From Clostridia bacterium (GTDB lineage Bacteria > Bacillota > Clostridia > Oscillospirales > CAG-272), in NCBI GenBank assembly GCA_017623355.1, contig JAGAPG010000030.1:24278-88277 (forward strand): a DNA stretch of 64,000 nt. Direction: 5' to 3'. The notes beneath the pieces were generated by a model. The model saw only the letters and a program-made list of their open reading frames with translations. It was not told the origin of the DNA and did not search any database. Both the position numbers and the translations under genes were made by a program. Below are positions 36,344 through 43,789 of the stretch, in pieces (the stretch's first letter is position 1; every line of letters begins with the position of its first letter).

Positions 36344-39247
36344 ATGGAATTTAGCGAAGCTATGAAGCCATATAGAAAAAGACTTATAATCGAAGCTATT
36401 ATAAGAGCCGTTGCATTCGGAATGTTATTCGGAATGGCTGGCACATTGCTTACAACGGTTATTATGAAAATAGCGTTCAGCATTGAAAATACACTTTTAG
36501 TGATTATAGTGTCCGCATCTGTTGGTGTTGCGATTGCCGCAACGATTGGAACGATAACATATATTCGTCGTTTCAAGGTTAACACAAGAAAATTGGCAAA
36601 AAGAATTGACTCCCTTGGACTTGACGAGCGTGTTGTAACAATGGTCGAATACAGAAAAGACCGTTCTTACGTTGCAAAGGTTCAAAGAGAGGATACGATG
36701 CAACGCCTTTCAAAGCTTGATATGAAGAAGCAATTCAAGATCAGGCTCCCCAAAAAATCACTTATATCCTGCGGAGCAATGCTCCTTGCAATTGTTATCT
36801 TGCTTACTCCCTTGGTGCAGACACCGGCTGCTATTGCGGCAGAGTGGAGACAGCAGGAGGCTGACGAAGCGGTAGATGAGATCATTGCAGACATTCACAA
36901 GATGATAGACCAGGCTGAGTTTGAGGATGATGTTGACGACTACTACGTAACAAAGGATCTCTTTGATAAGCTCATTGAGCAAGAGGAAGAAAACTTTGAA
37001 AGCTTCAAGGAAGAGCTCAAGGATATGGTTACCGTAGAGGGTGAGAAGATAAAGAGGAGCTCGCTTGACAGATCTCAAAAGGAGGATCAGGCGAATGCTT
37101 TGAGAGATAGAGTAAACGAATACATTACAGTACAGATAATGATTCAAAATATCTATCTTATAATAAACTCATCCGACACACCTCAAGAATTTCAAGAGAT
37201 GCTCTTTAATGACTATGTATTCCCGCTTGAGGAAAGAATCGAGCTTATGGACGATGCCCGTGAAAAATACGAGGACATAAGAGAGACCAGAAAAGAGATC
37301 GAGGAGCTTATCAAAAAAGAGATGGAGATCCAACAGGAGATCATCGATAAGATAGACCAGGACAGCAGCGAGGAGCTTAAGGAAGAGCTTGAGAAGGTTG
37401 AAAATGAAACCATTCAAGATATTCTTGATGCTATCCAAAAGGAAGATAAGGCTGAAATCGAAAATGCTTTTGAGGATCTTGAGCAAAAGCTCGACCAAAT
37501 GGTAGACCAAAACACCAAGGAAGATATTATGCAAGAGATAGAGGATATGCAACAGCAGATCCAAGATGCTCTTGATAAGGTTGAAGAGGATTCGATCCTT
37601 AAGGATGCATTTGAAGATTTCAATCAAAACCTTGAGGATATTCAGGATAAGATCGAGCAGACTGAAACTGATGAAAACGGTCAGATAAGCGAGGATCAAA
37701 AGGAAGAAATTAAGGAAACGATTGATACCGAGCTTGAGGACTCCAAGAGTGATTTCAACGAGGTTATTGACTTCGAGCAGAAGCTTGAGGACACCGAAAT
37801 GGGTGAGCTTGCTGATGCTATTGAAAGCGGAGATAAGGAAAAGATCGATGAAGCTCTCGATAATATGAAGAATGATATTCTCGATACAGATGCTTCAAGC
37901 CAAGAGAGAGAAGATATGATGCAAGACATCGTAGATGTTCTTGATAAGGTTCTTGACAGTGTTCCCGAATCAAATGTAGAAGACTCACTTAAGGATGCTC
38001 TTGAGGATTTCAAGGAAAATCTTGAGGGCGCAATTCAAGAAAAGCAAGAGGGCTCCGATACAGATAAAACTATTGAAGACGCTTTCGATCAAGCTAAGGA
38101 CGATATCTCCGATGCACTTGACAAAATGGAATCTATTGAAAACGTTGGTGAGCAGATCACAGATGCGATGGACAAAGCAGAATCCGAGCTCGCTCCCTTT
38201 GAGAAGGAAACAGACGATGCGATTGATGATATGAAGCAAACCATCGAGGATTCCGACGCAAGCGAGGAAGAAAAGGATGAAATGAAGGATGTCGTAAGCG
38301 ATCTTGAAAATAAGCTCGAGGACATCTATAGCGATCCCACAACATCTGACGAGGAAAAGAAGGAGCAGGTTAACGAGGCTCTTACAGATGCAAACAACAA
38401 GCTCGACCAGATGACTCAGGAGCAAGATTCCGATAAATCCGAGGTAAACGATGCTATCAAGGATAACGAGGACAAAAAAGAAGAATCTGATAAAAATCAG
38501 GATATGTCCGATCTTGGTGATGCAATCGAGAAGGACGATAAGGACCAGGTAAGCGACTCCATCGAAGATATGAAGGATAAGATCCAAAACGCCGAGGGAG
38601 AGGAGCTTGATAAGATCCTTAACGATATGGCTCAGGATTTCAAGGACACTGCAGATTCGTTACCCGAGGATAACGAATTCAAGGAAGATTTCCAGCAGAC
38701 AGGTGAAAAGCTTGAGGATATCGCAAATTCCGATATGACCGATGAAGAAAAGAAGGAACAGGCAAGTGACGCACTTGATCAGTTCCAGCAAAATATGAAT
38801 AATAAGCTCGAAAACATGGAGAAAAACGAGCAAACAGCTGAAGATCTTAAAGAGAGCATAAACCAAGCTCAAAACCAGATAAACAATCCTAATCAAGATA
38901 AGCAAGAGCCGTCTGATTCCGAGCAGAATCAAGAAAATCAGGATCAAGAAAATCAAGATCAGGAGAATCAAGACAGCAAGCCCAGTGATCAGGATAAACC
39001 ACCGGAAGAAAATAAGCCTCAAGAACCATCTGAGGAGGTTACCGACGGTATGGATAAGGTTGAGATAAACGGTTCTGTGTATAATCCGGAAACGAATAGA
39101 AATGAATCTATTACATCTCAGATTACACAGGAATATATCGATCAGCAGAAGAATCTCTTGCTTGATCCGTCAAATAATTTGACGCCCGCGCAAAGAGAGG
39201 CAATTCAGCAAATGATCGCTCTTTATGAAGCTCAATTGGCAAAATAA
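36344..39247 (+). CDS. membrane-anchored giant acidic coiled-coil protein (DUF4175-like by eye)
   Basis: Three N-terminal hydrophobic segments, then ~800 aa dominated by D/E/K/Q with heptad-like character and diverged ~75-aa repeats (xDAIExxDKxxI...). The start was moved from 36119 because the promoter lies inside that extension. Confidence 0.65.
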   Translation: MEFSEAMKPYRKRLIIEAIIRAVAFGMLFGMAGTLLTTVIMKIAFSIENTLLVIIVSASVGVAIAATIGTITYIRRFKVNTRKLAKRIDSLGLDERVVTMVEYRKDRSYVAKVQREDTMQRLSKLDMKKQFKIRLPKKSLISCGAMLLAIVILLTPLVQTPAAIAAEWRQQEADEAVDEIIADIHKMIDQAEFEDDVDDYYVTKDLFDKLIEQEEENFESFKEELKDMVTVEGEKIKRSSLDRSQKEDQANALRDRVNEYITVQIMIQNIYLIINSSDTPQEFQEMLFNDYVFPLEERIELMDDAREKYEDIRETRKEIEELIKKEMEIQQEIIDKIDQDSSEELKEELEKVENETIQDILDAIQKEDKAEIENAFEDLEQKLDQMVDQNTKEDIMQEIEDMQQQIQDALDKVEEDSILKDAFEDFNQNLEDIQDKIEQTETDENGQISEDQKEEIKETIDTELEDSKSDFNEVIDFEQKLEDTEMGELADAIESGDKEKIDEALDNMKNDILDTDASSQEREDMMQDIVDVLDKVLDSVPESNVEDSLKDALEDFKENLEGAIQEKQEGSDTDKTIEDAFDQAKDDISDALDKMESIENVGEQITDAMDKAESELAPFEKETDDAIDDMKQTIEDSDASEEEKDEMKDVVSDLENKLEDIYSDPTTSDEEKKEQVNEALTDANNKLDQMTQEQDSDKSEVNDAIKDNEDKKEESDKNQDMSDLGDAIEKDDKDQVSDSIEDMKDKIQNAEGEELDKILNDMAQDFKDTADSLPEDNEFKEDFQQTGEKLEDIANSDMTDEEKKEQASDALDQFQQNMNNKLENMEKNEQTAEDLKESINQAQNQINNPNQDKQEPSDSEQNQENQDQENQDQENQDSKPSDQDKPPEENKPQEPSEEVTDGMDKVEINGSVYNPETNRNESITSQITQEYIDQQKNLLLDPSNNLTPAQREAIQQMIALYEAQLAK
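38930..38974 (+). repeat. 15-bp x 3 in-frame microrepeat (QENQD x3)
   Basis: CAAGAAAATCAGGAT / CAAGAAAATCAAGAT / CAGGAGAATCAAGAC. Confidence 0.8.
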
Positions 39248-39287
39248 ACACTAAAATAAAAATTTGATGATATACGGAGATAGAGAC

Positions 39288-40886
39288 ATGGCATTTTTTA
39301 ATAGAAACAAAGAAAAAGAACAAGATAAGAAGGCATCTGCCGCAGTTAAACCTGCGGCAGATGCCTCTGCGCTTAAAAAAGACGCAAAGGTAGACCCTAA
39401 AGCTGCTCCTAAAGCAGAGGAAAAGAAGCCTGAGGTTAAGGTAGATCCCAAGGCTGCTCCTAAAGCAGAAGAGAAGAAGCCTGATGTTAAGGTAGATCCC
39501 AAGGCTGCTCCTAAAGCAGAAGAGAAGAAGCCTGATGTTAAGGTAGATCCCAAGGCTGCTCCTAAAGCAGAAGAAAAGAAGCCTGATGTTAAGGTAGATC
39601 CCAAGGCTGCTCCTAAAGCAGAGGAAAAGAAGCCTGAGGTTAAGGTAGATCCCAAGGCTGCTCCTAAAGCAGAGGAAAAGAAGCCTGAGGTTAAGGTAGA
39701 CCCCAAGGCTCCACCTAAAGCAGAAGAAAAGAAACCCGAGAGAACCGCAGAGGAACTCAAGGTAGATGCAGAAACAGAGAAGGAGCTCAAGCTCTTCGCT
39801 GAAAAATGCGCTAAGATCTTTACTGAGGTTAAAAAGGATATGATCGGTCAGGAGGAGGTAGTCGAATCTACTATCGCAGCTATTATAGCAGGCGGTAACG
39901 TACTTCTTGAGGGCGCACCGGGACTTGGTAAAACACGTCTTGTAAGATCACTTGGTAAGGTGTTTGATCTTCCATTCTCACGTATTCAGTTCACACCTGA
40001 CTTGATGCCTGCCGACGTAACAGGTACTAACATAATTAATAAGGATGAAAACGGAAACTCTGTATTTGAGTTCCAAAAGGGTCCTATCTTCAGTAACATA
40101 GTTCTCGCGGACGAAATTAACCGTGCAACGCCAAAAACACAGGCAGCTTTGCTTGAGGCGATGCAGGAGCATAAGGTTACTGTAATGGGCGTAACAAGAC
40201 AAATGGATGAGCCGTTCTTCGTTCTTGCTACACAGAACCCGATCGAGCAAGACGGTACATATCCTCTTCCTGAAGCTCAGATGGACCGTTTTATGTTCAA
40301 GATCATAGTTCCGAACCCCTCGGCAGACGAGCTCGGACAAATCGTTAATATGACACAGAAAACAATGGACGAAACCGCGCAGGCAGCTTGTAACGGCGAG
40401 GAGCTTCTCCGTATGAGAGCTATCGCTAAGACAATTCCTGTTTCAAGTGAAGTTCTTAAATATGCGATGGTAATGATTGCGGCAACTCATCCTGACAGTG
40501 AGGTTGCTACAGAAACAACCGTAAGATTTATTCGTGCAGGAGCCAGCCCTCGTGCTGCTCAGGCGCTTATCACGGCTGCAAAGGTAAGAGCTCTTATCAA
40601 CGGCAGATACAACGTATCCTATGATGATATCAATACTCTTGCAATTCCTGTACTCCGTCACAGAATCAAGCTTGGCTTTGAGGCTGTAACTTCAAAGATG
40701 AACGCAGACGATGTTGTTAAGAGCCTTATTAAGGATCTTAATACAAAGGGCAAGGATATAGCAGACAAGCATGCTGAAGAAAAATTCAAGCAAGAGGTTG
40801 CTATGGACAAGGCCGCTATGAAGGCTGCTATGAAGGCTGAAAAGGAAAAGAGCAAGTCAGATAAAAAGAAAAATTCAGATTGGTAA
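39288..40886 (+). CDS. MoxR-family AAA+ ATPase with an N-terminal tandem-repeat extension and a Lys-rich C-tail
   Basis: Walker A LLEGAPGLGKT, and Walker B/MoxR signature VLADEINRATPKTQAALLEAMQE. ATG 39288 is preferred; 39264 is possible. Confidence 0.85.
   Translation: MAFFNRNKEKEQDKKASAAVKPAADASALKKDAKVDPKAAPKAEEKKPEVKVDPKAAPKAEEKKPDVKVDPKAAPKAEEKKPDVKVDPKAAPKAEEKKPDVKVDPKAAPKAEEKKPEVKVDPKAAPKAEEKKPEVKVDPKAPPKAEEKKPERTAEELKVDAETEKELKLFAEKCAKIFTEVKKDMIGQEEVVESTIAAIIAGGNVLLEGAPGLGKTRLVRSLGKVFDLPFSRIQFTPDLMPADVTGTNIINKDENGNSVFEFQKGPIFSNIVLADEINRATPKTQAALLEAMQEHKVTVMGVTRQMDEPFFVLATQNPIEQDGTYPLPEAQMDRFMFKIIVPNPSADELGQIVNMTQKTMDETAQAACNGEELLRMRAIAKTIPVSSEVLKYAMVMIAATHPDSEVATETTVRFIRAGASPRAAQALITAAKVRALINGRYNVSYDDINTLAIPVLRHRIKLGFEAVTSKMNADDVVKSLIKDLNTKGKDIADKHAEEKFKQEVAMDKAAMKAAMKAEKEKSKSDKKKNSDW
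39387..39743 (+). repeat. 51-bp x 7 in-frame tandem repeat (KVDPKAAPKAEEKKP[ED]V)
   Basis: Seven near-identical 17-codon units, read directly from the sequence. The differences are mostly synonymous or E/D changes. Confidence 0.95.
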
Positions 40887-40901
40887 TATAGGCGGTAGGC
40901 A

Positions 40902-41801
40902 ATGAAACGTAAAATATTAGACGGCGACTTTTTGGACCGTCTGGACGCTGCCGCATTGTTACTCAAAAATCCGATGACAGGCTACTTCGGCGGAAGCCGA
41001 AAGGCACGCTCATACGGAAGCACGGTAGAGTTTGCCGACTTCCGCGAGTATTTTCCGGGAGATGATATCAGACGTATCGACTGGAACGTATACGCGCGTT
41101 TTGAAAAGTACTTTATAAAGCTTTTCACGGATGAAAGACAGATGCACAATCATATTATGATAGACTGCTCTGCATCAATGAAATGTGGCCGTCCTGAAAA
41201 AGCGGCAGCCGCGCTCAGAATAGCGGCAGCCTTCGGATATCTTTCGGTAACGGCTATGGACCGAGTTTCCTTCAAGATGCTTAAAGGCAATAAGGCGGAG
41301 GATATCGGCTTCACGGTATATAATAAGGATTCGTTTTACAGAGCCGCTCAAATTCTTGAAACAACAGAATTTGAGGGAGAAACTGATCTTGAAAAGACCG
41401 TGGTAGGTCTTGAGCAACCGGGATATGACGACGGTCTTACGATAATAATTTCCGACTTTTTGACGGAAAGCAACTGGAAAAAGATGCTCGACTTCTTGGT
41501 ATATAAGCGCAGAGAGGTTGTATTTATACAGGTACTCTCACCGGATGAGCTTTATCCGGGCTTTGACGGAAGAGTTCACATGGTGGACTCCGAGGCTGTT
41601 GGCTTTGACGATCCTAAGAATATGAGAGTCAGAGTTACGAGAAAGCTCGTTGAAGCATATCAAAGAGCGTTTGACGAATATGAGCAGGAGCTTATAGATT
41701 TTTGCGCCTCAAGAGACGCGACTTTCTTTACAGTTTCATCAGATGATCCGATAGAGAAAGTAATTTTTGGAAAGGGATACGAAACGGAATTGATCAAATG
41801 A
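40902..41801 (+). CDS. DUF58 domain protein (MoxR-associated)
   Basis: GGSRKARSYGSTVEFADFREYFPGDDIRRIDWNVYAR matches the DUF58 signature. A VWA-like IDCSASM follows. Confidence 0.85.
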   Translation: MKRKILDGDFLDRLDAAALLLKNPMTGYFGGSRKARSYGSTVEFADFREYFPGDDIRRIDWNVYARFEKYFIKLFTDERQMHNHIMIDCSASMKCGRPEKAAAALRIAAAFGYLSVTAMDRVSFKMLKGNKAEDIGFTVYNKDSFYRAAQILETTEFEGETDLEKTVVGLEQPGYDDGLTIIISDFLTESNWKKMLDFLVYKRREVVFIQVLSPDELYPGFDGRVHMVDSEAVGFDDPKNMRVRVTRKLVEAYQRAFDEYEQELIDFCASRDATFFTVSSDDPIEKVIFGKGYETELIK

Positions 41802-43789
41802 GTCTTGATTTCACAACTTATTGGGGATTGCTTGGATTATTGGCTATTCCGATACTTTTGCTCATATATTTTTTAAAGCAGAAGTATGTAGAAAAACCCG
41901 TATCCAGCACATTTATATGGAAAAAGAGTCTTAAATATGTTAAGACAAAAATTCCAATCAATATTATAGTTTCGCTCTTGCTTATTTTGCAAATATTATC
42001 AGTTATAGTTGCGAGTCTTGCACTTTGTCGTCCGACGCTTGTTGCGTTCAGCTCTGACGAGACGGTAATAGTAATAGACTCATCGGCAAGTATGCTTGCT
42101 AAAAACGATCAAGGCAAAACGCGCTTTGAGCTCGCTGTAGAGCAAGCGAAGAAGGATGCTGAAAAAGCGGGTCCAAACAGTAAGATAACTGTAATAACGG
42201 CAGGCGAGAAAGCGAATACAGTAGTATACAGAAGCGAGGATAAATCGCAGATAGTAAATGCTCTTGACAAGATCAAGTGCGAATATGGAAATGCTGATTT
42301 TGAAGAGGCAAAGCTTCTTGTTGCCGATGTTCAAAGTCAGAATAAGGAAACATCGGTAAAATATTATACAGACCAAACCTATGAAAGCGTAAATGGCTTT
42401 GAATACATAGATTTTTCAAAGGATAACGACTCCAATATTGCAATAACATCGTTAGAAGATGGAATGATAAAGGATGATTATGTGTTTACACTTGAGGTGT
42501 CAAACTACGGAAAGGCACTTGAAAAGGTAAAGATCAAGGCTGTTATAAACGACGGCAAGAAGGATCTTTGGTTTGAAGATACCTATAGCTTCGGCGAGTC
42601 GGAAACAAGAATGATATACGTTCGACCTAATATTTCTGCACTTGAGGAAGGTACAGGTCTTAAAATAGACTCCTTTGAGGAATATAAGAATGCGAAATTT
42701 GAAATTGTGGTAGATGACGCTATCGCAGAGGATAATGTAAGCTCGATATATCCGGAGGAGAAAAAAGATGTAAAAATACTTTACGTTAGTGAATACGTAC
42801 AGTATATAGAGGGAACAGAGAATACTGATGCTCCCGTAGTAAACGATAAGTTTATATGGATGCTCAGAATATTTGGATATCTTGGATATACGGTAGATAC
42901 TACATCCGATGTATACAAGAGCATAAATGATGTTCCGGACCTTGAGGGATATGATATTTATATCTTTGAGGGCGAAAGTAATATGCCGGAGATACTCCCC
43001 ACAGACGGCGCGGTATGGTTTATAAATCCAAAAACCAATCCCGTCGGAACTGATATCGAGATAGGCGACGAGCTTGAAGAGATGTTCGCATATCCCGTAA
43101 TTACTCCCGGCGACACAAATCCTGACACAGATACCTATGAAATTATAACAAACGGTATCAAGATGGACGGACAGTGGTATGTAGGTAAATATAAGAATAC
43201 GCCTGCAAATCTTCCCGATAAATACGAGGCAGTTTTCAAATGCGGAAATAATGCGCCTCTTATTATTGCGGGAATAGAAGAAGAAAACAATACCAGAGTA
43301 GTTGTTTTCACGTTTGATATTTATAACTCCAACCTTATAATGCAATTTGTGCTTTCGCCGGTTCTTTTCGATAATCTCGTTAAGTTCTCAGCGCCTGATT
43401 CTCTTGTATCAAGAGATTTTGTTGTAGGAGATGAGCTTGAGTTTAAGGTTCCCGTAGGCGGAACTGCGCTTGAGGTTCGTGATCCCAGCGATCAAATAAT
43501 ATATTCTACGGCAAACGCTTCGGAATATGTTCAAAAGCTCGATATGGTTGGCGATTATAAGATCACGGTAACATACGGAGAAAATGGAACGAAATCGTTT
43601 ATGGTTCCTGTTCACATCTCCGCAGAGGAAAGCGATATAAATATGAATGCGTATACAGAGGTGGTTCAATCTCCTCCCGCTACAGCTCCTATCGACCGTA
43701 GCCCGATAGAAATTTGGCCGTATCTTGTAGCACTCTTGCTTATCCTCTTGATAGTAGAATGGGGGGTATATTACAAAGATGAATTTTAA
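41798..43789 (+). CDS. BatA_N double-TM plus VWA domain membrane protein with a C-terminal TM
   Basis: The N-terminus LLGLLAIPILLLIYFLKQK...SSTFIWKK...LLILQILSVIVASLALCRP matches the aerotolerance-regulator N-domain pattern. MIDAS-like VIDSSAS. ATGA overlap with the DUF58 gene. Confidence 0.75.
   Translation: MSLDFTTYWGLLGLLAIPILLLIYFLKQKYVEKPVSSTFIWKKSLKYVKTKIPINIIVSLLLILQILSVIVASLALCRPTLVAFSSDETVIVIDSSASMLAKNDQGKTRFELAVEQAKKDAEKAGPNSKITVITAGEKANTVVYRSEDKSQIVNALDKIKCEYGNADFEEAKLLVADVQSQNKETSVKYYTDQTYESVNGFEYIDFSKDNDSNIAITSLEDGMIKDDYVFTLEVSNYGKALEKVKIKAVINDGKKDLWFEDTYSFGESETRMIYVRPNISALEEGTGLKIDSFEEYKNAKFEIVVDDAIAEDNVSSIYPEEKKDVKILYVSEYVQYIEGTENTDAPVVNDKFIWMLRIFGYLGYTVDTTSDVYKSINDVPDLEGYDIYIFEGESNMPEILPTDGAVWFINPKTNPVGTDIEIGDELEEMFAYPVITPGDTNPDTDTYEIITNGIKMDGQWYVGKYKNTPANLPDKYEAVFKCGNNAPLIIAGIEEENNTRVVVFTFDIYNSNLIMQFVLSPVLFDNLVKFSAPDSLVSRDFVVGDELEFKVPVGGTALEVRDPSDQIIYSTANASEYVQKLDMVGDYKITVTYGENGTKSFMVPVHISAEESDINMNAYTEVVQSPPATAPIDRSPIEIWPYLVALLLILLIVEWGVYYKDEF

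Noticed and set aside
37169-38587. Several 60-200-aa ORFs on the minus strand and alternative plus frames within the acidic protein gene
   Set aside because: They are by-products of GAN/AAR-rich repetitive coding sequence (Leu/Ile/Ser/Phe-rich mirror peptides). None has an RBS or promoter.
39387-39743. The tandem repeat array considered as a CRISPR-like array
   Set aside because: The units are contiguous with no spacers, are exactly 17 codons long, and are in frame with the downstream ATPase. No cas genes are present.
39251-39790. 179-aa minus-strand ORF made of SSALGAALGSTLTSGFF repeats
   Set aside because: It is the reverse-complement reading of the 51-bp tandem repeat inside the MoxR gene. 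It has no RBS or independent signal, whereas the plus-strand frame continues into a clear AAA+ domain.
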